DNA from: Minisyncoccia bacterium | GTDB lineage: Bacteria; Patescibacteriota; Minisyncoccia; Phycocordibacterales; UBA918 | Direction of reading: 5' to 3' | DNA: 64,000 nt | Assembly (NCBI GenBank): GCA_046293175.1 | Contig: JBKBPM010000001.1 | Span: forward strand, 427,446 to 491,445 | Shown here: positions 48,544-58,136 of the stretch, piece after piece | Layout of the letters: each line of letters opens with the position of its first letter | How positions within the stretch are numbered: position 1 is the first letter of the stretch | Notes under the pieces: model-generated | Told to the model about the DNA's origin: nothing | Database searches by the model: none | Seen by the model: only the letters and a program-made list of their open reading frames with translations | Translations under genes and position numbers: made by a program

Positions 48544-50271
48544 ATGAACATCGGCACACCCCCACGATCACGTGGTCAATGGTTCGGACGACTTATTCAT
48601 CGGATCGAGAGCGCCCGTCCGAGTGATCGTCTTATCCTCCGTAGTCTTTTCTTTGCGGCGATTGGTTGTTTTATATGGGGTATCTTGCTCTACAATCAGG
48701 CTTTTGTTGTATCTACTCCCGTTCCAGGTGGTACAGTCGTAGAAGGAGTGGTTGGTATTCCTCGTTTTGTGAATCCAGTCCTCGCGGTTACTCGCGCTGA
48801 CCAAGATATGAGTGCGCTCCTCTTTAGCGGTCTCATGAAGATTAATACCGAAGGTATCCTCATCCCTGACCTCGCCGAAAGCATCACTCGTTCAGACGAC
48901 GGCAAGACGTACAACATCATCATGCGTCGTGACAATCTCTTCCATGACGGCACTCCACTGACGGCCCGTGACGTTGCTTTTACTATTGGCCTCATCCAAA
49001 ATCCCGACCTCAAGAGTCCACTGCGAGGGAACTGGGCCGGCGTGACAGTTGAGGAAATTAGTGAATACGAACTCAATATTGTCCTTGATGAAGCCTACAC
49101 ACCATTTATTGAAAACTTCACCGTTGGTATCATCCCCCGCCATATTTGGAGCGAGCTACCACTCGAACAGATTCCATTTTCACAACGCAACACCGAACCA
49201 ATTGGCTCAGGTCCTTTCTCACTTGAAAAAGTCGTCCGCAACGACGCTGGCCTCATTGAAACCTATGAACTCGAACGGGCCGAAAGTGGCGTGAAGCTCG
49301 AAGCGCTCACTATCCGTTTTTATCAAAACGAGGACGATCTCATGAAAGCTTTTAGTGAAGGTAAGCTCACAAATACCACTAATCTTCGTGCCGCTGATAT
49401 TGGAACTCTTGTCGATACTAATACCTATAATATCATCGAGAAGCCACTGCCACGTGTGTTTGCCCTTTTCTTTAACCAAAACAAATCAGTAGCACTACGC
49501 GATGCCGCCGTACGTGAAGCGCTTGATGTGGCGATTGATCGCAACGCACTAGTTAATAACGTACTCTCCGGCTATGGTGTCCCTACCGATACCCCACTTC
49601 CACCAACCAGTACCAACAATCAACTCCCAGCCCGCAACGTTGATGTAGTTGCTGAGACTACCCGCATCCTGACACGCGCTGGCTGGCAGAAGAACCAAAA
49701 CGGCCTCTGGGAAAAGCGTATTGATGGGAACGCCGTAACCCTCGCCTTTACCGTGCGTACAGCGCACACCGACCTCCTCTCAGACACCGCTGGATCGGTC
49801 ATTGAAGCCTGGCGCGCCATTGGTATCCAAGTAGATATCGAAAAGTACGAACAAAGCGACCTACTACAGGCCGTTATCCGTCCCCGTGATTTTGAAATCC
49901 TCCTCTTTGGTCTTGATATGAACCGGACTGTCGACTTATACCCATTTTGGCACTCTAGTCAGCGTGAAGACCCTGGTTTGAATATCGCGCAATATGCTAA
50001 TATTGAAGTCGACAACCTCCTCGCTGATGCCAGAACCGCCACGAGTAGCAACGATCGAGACGCCAAAGCGGTTACCGCAATGAATATTATCAAGAATGAA
50101 CGTCCTGCCCTTTTCTTGTTTGTTCCGTCCCTACCGTACGTTGTTCACAAAGATGTTAGTACCGCACCGATGGAGGGATTGAGTAAGCCGCATGAACGAT
50201 TTATGAATATTGAGAGCTGGTTTGTTGCCAGAGAAGATCGGTGGCCAATTTTTAACAGCAGTAATGACTAA
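48544..50271 (+). CDS. Family-5 ABC peptide-binding protein
   Basis: PDLAES, FHDGTPLTARDVAFT, PIGSGPF. Confidence 0.88.
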   Translation: MNIGTPPRSRGQWFGRLIHRIESARPSDRLILRSLFFAAIGCFIWGILLYNQAFVVSTPVPGGTVVEGVVGIPRFVNPVLAVTRADQDMSALLFSGLMKINTEGILIPDLAESITRSDDGKTYNIIMRRDNLFHDGTPLTARDVAFTIGLIQNPDLKSPLRGNWAGVTVEEISEYELNIVLDEAYTPFIENFTVGIIPRHIWSELPLEQIPFSQRNTEPIGSGPFSLEKVVRNDAGLIETYELERAESGVKLEALTIRFYQNEDDLMKAFSEGKLTNTTNLRAADIGTLVDTNTYNIIEKPLPRVFALFFNQNKSVALRDAAVREALDVAIDRNALVNNVLSGYGVPTDTPLPPTSTNNQLPARNVDVVAETTRILTRAGWQKNQNGLWEKRIDGNAVTLAFTVRTAHTDLLSDTAGSVIEAWRAIGIQVDIEKYEQSDLLQAVIRPRDFEILLFGLDMNRTVDLYPFWHSSQREDPGLNIAQYANIEVDNLLADARTATSSNDRDAKAVTAMNIIKNERPALFLFVPSLPYVVHKDVSTAPMEGLSKPHERFMNIESWFVAREDRWPIFNSSND

Positions 50272-50299
50272 TAACCTTAGAAAGTAATACCCTAGCGAA

Positions 50300-52306
50300 A
50301 TGAATATGACAGAATTAACCAACAGAACAAATCCAACCTTGACTCCAGTTCGCAGCAGTGAGACCAATGATCGACGTCGTCCTTTTAATCGGAACCGTCG
50401 TCGCGATGGTGCTCCTCGTCCACCGAGCGGACCACGTACTGGTGATACTCGCCCTGGTACCCATCCGCGTCGCGATGGTGCTCCAGGCACCCCAGCTGGA
50501 GACGTGGACAAGCGTCGTAATAAGCGTCGTCGACCAAACGAACGCCGTCGCAGTATGACGAGTCCGGCGCTCACCCACCGGATGGCTATCTCGGACGAAA
50601 AGAGTCCGGTGATTCCTGAAATCACTGACGAAGATACTGTCCGCATCATCACCGTATCTGGTGTAGAAGAAATTGGACGCAACATGAACATCATCGAGAC
50701 TAAAGACGACATTATCGTCATCGATGCTGGTTTCCAGTTCGTGTCTGAGGAAAGTCATGCTCCTGGCGTAAACTACATCCTTCCAAACACCCAGTACCTC
50801 GAAGAACGTAGGGACAAGATCCGCGCGTTGGTTATCACCCATGGTCACCTCGACCACATTGGTGGTATTCCCTTTATCCTCGAACGTATCGGCAATCCTC
50901 CAATCTACACCCAGTACTTGACTTCACTTATGATCCTCAAGCGCCAGGAAGAATTTCCACACCTTGAACCAGTGAACATGAACATCGTCAAAGAAGGTGA
51001 GACCTTCACTGTCGGTAAGATGCGCATCAAGACCTTCCCAGTCACCCACTCCATTCCAGACGCCATGGGTCTTTCGTTTGAAACCAAACACGGTAACATC
51101 GTCGTCACCGGTGACATCAAAGTAGTAACTGATGAGCAAGGCAACGTGGTGGTTGAAGAAAAGAATTCCTGGGAACGCATCGGCAAAGACAACAACATCG
51201 CTCTCCTCTGTGACTCAACGAACGCCGACCGCAGTGGCTTCTCCGCCTCGGAAGCGAAGGTGTATCAAACCCTTGAAGAAATCATCCGTACCACCCGTGG
51301 CCGTTTGATTATTGGTACCTTTGCCTCACAGTTTGATCGTCTTATCTCAGTCATTAAAAGTTGTGAACTCCTTGGCAAGAAGGTGGTACTCGAAGGTCGT
51401 AGTATCAAAACGCATATCGATATCGCTATCACAGCGAAGATGCTTGAAGTTGATCCAAAAGTCTTTATTGACGCCACTCATATCGGTGATTATCCTGCTG
51501 ACAAAATCGTCATTCTCTCAACTGGTGCTCAGGGCGAAGAGTATGCGGCACTCATGCGTATGGCCACCGAAAAGCACAAGAGCATCAACCTCACCGAGCG
51601 TGACACTGTCGTACTTTCATCATCGGTGATTCCAGGGAACGAAATTGCTGTCCAGAAGCTCAAAGACAATATTTATCGACGTAATGCCCGCATCATTAAC
51701 TACCAAGGGTCGCACGTACACTCATCTGGTCACGGCAACGCCGGCGACCTCGTCTGGGTGCACCAGGCCGTGAAGCCACGGTTCCTCATTCCGGTACACG
51801 GTCATCACTACCACCTCAAGAGTCACGCTTTTGCTGCCATAGAAAACGGTTTTCCTAAGGACAATATTATTGTTCCAGATACTGGTACCATCATCGATAT
51901 CAAGAACGGTACCGAAGCCACGAAACTCTCGGTCAAAATTCCAAACGAGCAGATTCTTGTCGATGGCTTTACGGTTGGCGCACGTCAGGAAGTGGTCCTC
52001 CGCGATCGTATGTCTCTTGCGCAGGATGGCATGTTTGTGATTATTGCAACTGTCAATGCCAAAACTGGCAAGCTCCGAAAATCACCAGATATCATCTCTC
52101 GTGGCTTTATCTACCTCCGCGAGAACCAGCAGATGCTATCTGAGGCCCGTGTCCTTATCAAGCGGACAATCGAAAAGCATACCGAACGCATGAACCCACT
52201 TGACCTCGATTACGTGAAGGATGAACTCACTGACACTGTCTCAACCTTCCTTATGCAGAAGACGCAGAAGTCACCGATGGTTATTCCTGTCCTCATCGGC
52301 CTCTAA
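50300..52306 (+). CDS. rnj: Ribonuclease J with Arg-rich N-terminal extension
   Basis: EIGRNM, THGHLDHIG, HSIPD, HSSGH, PVHG. Confidence 0.95.
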   Translation: MNMTELTNRTNPTLTPVRSSETNDRRRPFNRNRRRDGAPRPPSGPRTGDTRPGTHPRRDGAPGTPAGDVDKRRNKRRRPNERRRSMTSPALTHRMAISDEKSPVIPEITDEDTVRIITVSGVEEIGRNMNIIETKDDIIVIDAGFQFVSEESHAPGVNYILPNTQYLEERRDKIRALVITHGHLDHIGGIPFILERIGNPPIYTQYLTSLMILKRQEEFPHLEPVNMNIVKEGETFTVGKMRIKTFPVTHSIPDAMGLSFETKHGNIVVTGDIKVVTDEQGNVVVEEKNSWERIGKDNNIALLCDSTNADRSGFSASEAKVYQTLEEIIRTTRGRLIIGTFASQFDRLISVIKSCELLGKKVVLEGRSIKTHIDIAITAKMLEVDPKVFIDATHIGDYPADKIVILSTGAQGEEYAALMRMATEKHKSINLTERDTVVLSSSVIPGNEIAVQKLKDNIYRRNARIINYQGSHVHSSGHGNAGDLVWVHQAVKPRFLIPVHGHHYHLKSHAFAAIENGFPKDNIIVPDTGTIIDIKNGTEATKLSVKIPNEQILVDGFTVGARQEVVLRDRMSLAQDGMFVIIATVNAKTGKLRKSPDIISRGFIYLRENQQMLSEARVLIKRTIEKHTERMNPLDLDYVKDELTDTVSTFLMQKTQKSPMVIPVLIGL

Positions 52307-52430
52307 CAGTCCAGCTACTAACACAACATCTACTTTGTTAGGCCGTGAAAAAAGACCCTCAATGTACGTCCAAGTACACCTCGGGGTCTTTTTTTCTTGC
52401 CTGCCTCGTATCTGTAGCATTAGTGACTGT
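52306..52430 (-). repeat. Structured intergenic repeat, copy 5 (3' of rnj, inverted)
   Basis: Reverse complement reads TACGAGGC...TGTAC-ttggac-GTACA...AACAAAGTAGATG. Confidence 0.8.
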
Positions 52431-52520
52431 CCTCAAAAGACAATATTAAATCTACATAAGATTTTCCTCTCCACCACCATTCCCAATTTGAGACTAATTT
52501 TGTAGTACACTATACCTGAT

Positions 52521-53717
52521 ATGGACTTTTACAAGCACGGGAGCCTCACAATGGGGACACGACACATTCACTTTGGGTTCGTCTACCTATTGGCGATTAT
52601 CTTTTCCTATCATACGCTTCTTGTGGCATACAACACCTCGAGTTACCTCGGCCAATACGTAAACCCCACCGCGGTGGGTGTACTCCATGGTGCAGGAGCC
52701 CTTGGTGCGATTGCTATCTTCCTCGTCTTTCCTCGTTTGCTTAACCGTTTTGGGAATGTCGCAGTTGGTGGTATGGTGATGCTGCTCTCAGTGATTCTTC
52801 TCCTCTCCTTGGCGCTTGGTGGCCACCCACTCCTCATCATCCCGACACTTGCTCTTTTCCTTGCCATCAACCCACTCGTGTACCTCGTTATCGATGTCTT
52901 CTCAGAGACCCTCATTGGCAAAAGTGAGGGAGATACCGGCAAAAAGCGTGGACTCACCCTCTCACTCATGAGTGCCGCAGCCGTCTTTGCTCCCCTCTCT
53001 ATGGGTTACCTTATGGGTGATGGTCATGATTACACACAACTCTTTTTTGCTGCCGCCGGTGTCGGACTCATTTTCCTCGCGCTGATGGTTGGTGTCTTTC
53101 GACAGTTTTATGATCCGGTCTACGAAGTACATCCGATAAAGCCACTCCTTTTCGCTGCCTGGCAAAACAAAAATATCGCGACAGTGATCGCCTCACACTT
53201 CCTCCTCCAATTATTCTTTGCGTGGATTATTATCTATGTGCCGCTGTACCTCTCGACAGTACTCCACTTCAGCTGGCAAGAGATTGGTATCATCATTGCC
53301 TCTGGTCTTATGGCCTATGTAGTCTTTGAATACCCCATTGGTATTATTGCTGACCGGTACCTCGGCGAACAAGAGATGATGAGTGTGGGATTCCTTATCC
53401 TCGCTATCACCACTGCCTCCATTGGTGTCATCGGCAGCCTTGGTATTCTCGGGTTTATGATACTAATGTTTATCAATCGGTTTGGTGCCAGTCTCGTTGA
53501 GGTGACGACCGAAAGTTACTTCTTCAAACAAATTGATGGAAGTGATGCATCTCTCATGAGTGTATTCCGACTCCTCCGTCCTGCCGCAAACGTCGCGGGC
53601 GCCATCCTTGGTGCCATCTGCCTTGCCCTCTTCTCGTTTGAACTCTTCTTTATTATTGGTGGATTTATCCTTACTCTAGGAGTCTTCATTCCTCGCTATC
53701 TCGTCGACACCAAGTAG
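52521..53717 (+). CDS. MFS transporter
   Basis: 12 TM; GIIADRYLGE loop motif. Confidence 0.8.
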   Translation: MDFYKHGSLTMGTRHIHFGFVYLLAIIFSYHTLLVAYNTSSYLGQYVNPTAVGVLHGAGALGAIAIFLVFPRLLNRFGNVAVGGMVMLLSVILLLSLALGGHPLLIIPTLALFLAINPLVYLVIDVFSETLIGKSEGDTGKKRGLTLSLMSAAAVFAPLSMGYLMGDGHDYTQLFFAAAGVGLIFLALMVGVFRQFYDPVYEVHPIKPLLFAAWQNKNIATVIASHFLLQLFFAWIIIYVPLYLSTVLHFSWQEIGIIIASGLMAYVVFEYPIGIIADRYLGEQEMMSVGFLILAITTASIGVIGSLGILGFMILMFINRFGASLVEVTTESYFFKQIDGSDASLMSVFRLLRPAANVAGAILGAICLALFSFELFFIIGGFILTLGVFIPRYLVDTK

Positions 53718-53739
53718 AATCCATTCACTAAACTCTGCC

Positions 53740-53833
53740 CAAAATACTCCATTTAAATGGAGTATTTTGCTTTTGAATAACTACAATTTCTCAAGAAATT
53801 TGTTGCCAAACCTTTCAGTTAACTGAAAGGTTT
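53740..53833. repeat. Cluster of three palindromes between convergent genes
   Basis: 30-bp perfect (53740-69), 7-bp-arm (53785-800), 26-bp perfect (53808-33). Confidence 0.75.
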
Positions 53834-53834
53834 T

Positions 53835-54650
53835 TTAACTTGGTAGTTGATATAAACGGCTAGTTTTTATAACCATCCCTTCTTCAATCAGTCGCTCGAG
53901 CTGAGCAGCTAGCCGTACTTCATCAAATGGTAGCTGGGTTTTGAGCTTTAGATATGAAAGTTTGTTGCCGGTTGCTAGTAGTTTAATAATCGCTCCCCTA
54001 ATCTGTCGATCACTTCCCTTAAAGGTCGATTGCTTTGTATAGTGTTTGCTCTTGGTGATATTGTTCCCCACCGTACGTTTGAGGTGTGACCCATAGTCCA
54101 TGAGCGCGTAGTACCATGCGCGAGGATTATCAAGCGGTAGTGTCCGCTTGATATAAGGCAAGAGCATTGCATCAGTGACATCTGTCTCGTCCGCGAAGAA
54201 GTGATGGATGTACACCGTACGCACATTGGTCTCAATGAGTGGCTCTGCTATACCAAACGCAAAAGCAAGGACTGCCCGCGCGGTATACGGCCCAATCCCG
54301 GGCAGTGTTCGAAGTTTTGTCTCGTCCTTCGGTAGCTTGCCGCCAAAATCGCGCACAACCACCTTCGCACACTCATGGAGCATCTTGGCCCGGCGGTTGT
54401 ACCCCAAGCCCTGCCAGTGCCCAAGTACGGCTCCAAGTGGTGCCTCAGCAAGTGCACTGATGGTCGGAAAGGCCTTTAAGAATTCATTATATTTCGGTAT
54501 CACTCGATCCACTTGCGTCTGTTGCAACATCACCTCAGAAACAAGTATCCGGTACGGGTCTTTGGTCTGCCGCCACGGCAAACCATGCCGACCACCAACC
54601 TCGTAAAACTCCAAGACCGTCTGTACAAAACGTTTCTCTGTACCCGTCAT
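53835..54650 (-). CDS. mutY: A/G-specific adenine glycosylase, Fe-S-less MutY-like
   Basis: LPWR, VSEVMLQQTQV, WQGLGYNRRA, LPGIGPYTA, ETNVR. Confidence 0.88.
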   Translation of the reverse strand: MTGTEKRFVQTVLEFYEVGGRHGLPWRQTKDPYRILVSEVMLQQTQVDRVIPKYNEFLKAFPTISALAEAPLGAVLGHWQGLGYNRRAKMLHECAKVVVRDFGGKLPKDETKLRTLPGIGPYTARAVLAFAFGIAEPLIETNVRTVYIHHFFADETDVTDAMLLPYIKRTLPLDNPRAWYYALMDYGSHLKRTVGNNITKSKHYTKQSTFKGSDRQIRGAIIKLLATGNKLSYLKLKTQLPFDEVRLAAQLERLIEEGMVIKTSRLYQLPS

Positions 54651-54651
54651 A

Positions 54652-56022
54652 TTAAAACAGTGAACTTTCAGTCTGGTTTAAATACTTCATGACAAAAGCT
54701 TTCACATCAAACTTACGTTTACAGCCAGCGTAGTTCATGTAGCGGATTTTGCCAAAGACCGGACGTTCGTTCCAGGCTCTATCATGAAGGCCACAGATCG
54801 ACCACATGACTCCAGCTACACCATTACTGTCCCTACCATCTAGCTCGTAGTGGTCATTGAGTCGCAATGCAATATCAATGGCGGTCTGGGCATCCGGAGT
54901 CCACTCGAGAATCTTCTTCGCCCAATACATGCGGAGAAAGCCATGCATCTTCCCTTCCTGCACCATCTGCAACTGCGCGGCGTTCCAGAGGTCGTCATGA
55001 GTTTTTCCATCACGAAACTCCTCGTAGGTGTAGAGGAACTCGCGTTTGTCATTGGCGTGCTCGGCGATAGTCGTCCGCGCCCAGAGGTGCGCGGAACCAA
55101 CGGTTGCATAATCCTTAGTGTAGTAGCAGTAGTTTTCGGCCAGTTCACGGCGGACGATGAGCTCTTCGAGAAATGCTTCCTTGGCTGTGCCTGGTGCATC
55201 ACTCGCTTTGACGGCGAGCGCAATTGTGGCCACCGAAATATTTCCCCAGCGAATGTACGGTGAGAGTCCGGAGACAACGTTTAGGACCGGGTCGTTACGC
55301 TTCGTCTCATATTCAGGAAGGATATGTTCAAGGAAATATCGCAATTGTGTCTGGGCCGCCGCTTCACCAGGGATAAAGGTGGTAGGCACTGGCTCAGTAT
55401 AGTCACACTGCCGAAAAGCCCGGACAACCTCCCAATCAATCTTTGGTATCACTTTCGCATACGGTATCTTTGGTGCCGGCAGTTTGGGTACTGGAAGGAG
55501 GAACTCCGGTAGGAGGCGATGAATCTTCGGCCGCAGCGTATAAGCAGCAAATTCGGCCTTCGGACTTGCTACCCAGACCGGTATGATATTCCGCGCATCG
55601 ACGACGGTCACCGGCACTGTTACTTTACCCCGCAATTCCTCACGCCACGAACGAACGGGTTCAAGCGGATTAAAATCAAGCACTACCTCACCAACCGCCT
55701 GGCGCTTCACAAAGTCTGCCACGACCATGCTCCACTCTCCCATTTCGAGAAAAAATGGAATGTTCTTTTTCGAAAGATTCTCTGCCACTTCCCTAAGACT
55801 CGCGACCATCCACTCATTATGTCGCGCTGATCCGTTTTGAAACATTGGCCCAAGCGCAAATAAAACGAGGAGCGGTACACTACGCTCGTTCGCCTGCTCC
55901 ATCGCGTATACCAGCGCCGCGTTATCAGCCACCCGCTGCTCGCGCGCCATCACATACAAAACCGGACCCTGACCTGGGTCGCCCGTCTGTAGTTGTTGTA
56001 GCCGACGCTGATCAATCTTCAT
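54652..56022 (-). CDS. phrB: Class II CPD photolyase
   Basis: REQRVADN, EELIVRRELAENY, GKMHGFLRMYWAKKILEW, LDGRD, GKIRYM. Confidence 0.92.
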   Translation of the reverse strand: MKIDQRRLQQLQTGDPGQGPVLYVMAREQRVADNAALVYAMEQANERSVPLLVLFALGPMFQNGSARHNEWMVASLREVAENLSKKNIPFFLEMGEWSMVVADFVKRQAVGEVVLDFNPLEPVRSWREELRGKVTVPVTVVDARNIIPVWVASPKAEFAAYTLRPKIHRLLPEFLLPVPKLPAPKIPYAKVIPKIDWEVVRAFRQCDYTEPVPTTFIPGEAAAQTQLRYFLEHILPEYETKRNDPVLNVVSGLSPYIRWGNISVATIALAVKASDAPGTAKEAFLEELIVRRELAENYCYYTKDYATVGSAHLWARTTIAEHANDKREFLYTYEEFRDGKTHDDLWNAAQLQMVQEGKMHGFLRMYWAKKILEWTPDAQTAIDIALRLNDHYELDGRDSNGVAGVMWSICGLHDRAWNERPVFGKIRYMNYAGCKRKFDVKAFVMKYLNQTESSLF

Positions 56023-56023
56023 A

Positions 56024-56239
56024 TTATTCTATCGTGTAGTCAGCAGGTCGAGATTGTCGTAGGATGATAAACCAGGCTGCTAGATAGATGAACACGCCCG
56101 GGAAAACACCGGTCAAAATGAGGAACGTAATTGCCACAATTCGAAATAACACTGGGTCTTGGTCACAAAGTCGAGCAAGTGCAGCAATCACTCCTGCCAC
56201 CACAGCCTCATCTTTTATTCGGTAGATTTTTTTGGACAT
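56024..56239 (-). CDS. PspC domain protein
   Basis: KKIYR..EAVVAGVIA...DPVLFRI...YLAAWFI. Confidence 0.8.
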   Translation of the reverse strand: MSKKIYRIKDEAVVAGVIAALARLCDQDPVLFRIVAITFLILTGVFPGVFIYLAAWFIILRQSRPADYTIE

Positions 56240-56240
56240 G

Positions 56241-56927
56241 CTAGAGCTTATAGATAACATCTTTGCGTTCCACCACCACCTCCCAGTCAGCCTTCTTGGC
56301 GTACTTATACAATTCAGCGTTCGGGTTAAAACAAATCGGTCGTTCAACTGAGGCAAGGAGCGGGATATCGCCGTCAGTGTCCCCGACTGCGACCGACCCA
56401 TCACGGGTGAGTTCCGGATGCTTTCGAAAAACTCGCTCAACAATATTCGCCTTGTTCTCTATCAGATGTTCATCTTGCACTTCACCAGTGAAGCGATCTT
56501 GGGGACCAATATCATAAATTCGTCCATACACCTTATCAAAGCCGTAGTCTTTGCAAAAAGCATCAAGTACCGTTTTGGGTGATTGCGAAATCGCAATAAG
56601 GAAATAGCCGTCACGCTTGAGCTCACGAATCAAATCACGAGTGTACCGATAGACGCGCTTTTGGTGGCGGGCCACGACACGCTTCCCGACATCCGCAAAG
56701 GTGCCATAGTGAACACCTTTGATATGTTGCAAAAAGGCATCAATGAGAGCGGCAATATACGCATCGTACGTCCCCTCGCGATCAAGCCAGGCCCGCCGTT
56801 CATTGAGGTACACGTCGCGAGACTCAGCTGGAAATATCTCTTCGCTAATCAAGGCTTCGACCAACTCGATGAGAAGACTCGAACGAAACAAGGTACCATC
56901 AATATCAAAAAAGGCGACTTTTTGCAT
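56241..56927 (-). CDS. HAD-IB family hydrolase
   Basis: FFDIDGTL, K, GDTDGD. Confidence 0.88.
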   Translation of the reverse strand: MQKVAFFDIDGTLFRSSLLIELVEALISEEIFPAESRDVYLNERRAWLDREGTYDAYIAALIDAFLQHIKGVHYGTFADVGKRVVARHQKRVYRYTRDLIRELKRDGYFLIAISQSPKTVLDAFCKDYGFDKVYGRIYDIGPQDRFTGEVQDEHLIENKANIVERVFRKHPELTRDGSVAVGDTDGDIPLLASVERPICFNPNAELYKYAKKADWEVVVERKDVIYKL

Positions 56928-56934
56928 GTATCAA

Positions 56935-57861
56935 TTATCGCACATTTATAAAGACTGGTCGCCACTCACGCCAAACGGCAACGGGCACAATTGATTCAGT
57001 ATATTCGCCGGGGACCATGGCTCCGACCGCACTAATCTTCAAGGTCTCGTCCGGTAACACCGCCTCAACATACCCCAATCGTCCCACCTCATCTTCGAGA
57101 AACCACTCGATAATCGTATCAGGTTGTGGCGCAATCATGCTCCGTACACCAGGCACACCCCGCAAAAGCGTATGCCACGAGCCAGCGAGGCGCGGCCGAG
57201 CAGGCGGCCACGCGATAGCGAGCCGATCACGTAACAGCCGCACGGTCACATATTCTTCGGCTGTGAGCGGCAGACCAATCGCACCCCCGAGGAACTCGTC
57301 ATTAATATGCTGACGGTAAATCTTCGCCACCTCACTATCGGCGAGGTACACAGTACCTGGTACGAGGGTTGGCCAAATAGTTTCAAGCTGTGGGGTAAGC
57401 GCATCTTTATGCACGAAGCCAACCTGTCCGTAGGCAAGCACTTCAGCATACGATCCTTCAAACCGACGCAGCGCAACAATCTGTCCGTATGGCAGTGTTC
57501 GCAATTGACTATCAAACTGCTGAACTGGTTCTTTAAAAAGTTTTGTGCCCTTGGTATCGCGCACCACATAGAGCATCCCCGGCTTGTTAAGGGATTCGGT
57601 CGTCTTTGGTGTCACTGGTAGCGGCAAAGTCGATTCGGTAGCCGGAGCTAGAGCTGGTGCCTCGGGGGTCTTTGCAATCAGAGTAACATCTACCTTCTCG
57701 AGTGTGAGCGGTGCTTCGGGATGTGGTAGTGTGACCGGTTCGATTTTACTCGGTAACTCACCGTACGTAGAACGGGCAGAGAGGGCATGCTTCTCTACTG
57801 TTTCTGTCCCGAGGAGGAAATGCCATAAATCAACCAAAACTAACCAAAAGACGTGCAGCAT
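56935..57861 (-). CDS. Hypothetical protein with SH3b-like segment
   Basis: LPYGQIV...YAEV...GFVHKDAL; CHAP-like C-terminal fold without obvious catalytic Cys. Confidence 0.55.
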   Translation of the reverse strand: MLHVFWLVLVDLWHFLLGTETVEKHALSARSTYGELPSKIEPVTLPHPEAPLTLEKVDVTLIAKTPEAPALAPATESTLPLPVTPKTTESLNKPGMLYVVRDTKGTKLFKEPVQQFDSQLRTLPYGQIVALRRFEGSYAEVLAYGQVGFVHKDALTPQLETIWPTLVPGTVYLADSEVAKIYRQHINDEFLGGAIGLPLTAEEYVTVRLLRDRLAIAWPPARPRLAGSWHTLLRGVPGVRSMIAPQPDTIIEWFLEDEVGRLGYVEAVLPDETLKISAVGAMVPGEYTESIVPVAVWREWRPVFINVR

Positions 57862-58049
57862 AGGGAGAATAACCCTAGTATAGCACAAAATGACTAAGGC
57901 TGGAAAAAGCCTTTAGCCAAGTTTCGGTTGTTTATTCTCGAAAATGGCGCTTCGTACAAAACGTTATTTTGGATCCAAGTATAAGGCGCATGAGTAAAAT
58001 AAAACGAGCTGCCAAATAAATAACCAAACAGTAATTTAGATGAAGAACA

Positions 58050-58124
58050 CAAGGAGCGGCTGGTTATGGAAGGAGATGTACACAGAAGGTACTTTGACTG
58101 ACAAAACCAGCCGCTCGACAAAGC
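58050..58124 (+). repeat. Structured intergenic repeat, copy 4 (3' of mreB)
   Basis: CAAGGAG...GTAC-acagaag-GTAC...GACAAAG; stem GAGCGGCTGGTT/AACCAGCCGCTC. Confidence 0.7.
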
Positions 58125-58136
58125 TATTTGCCACAA

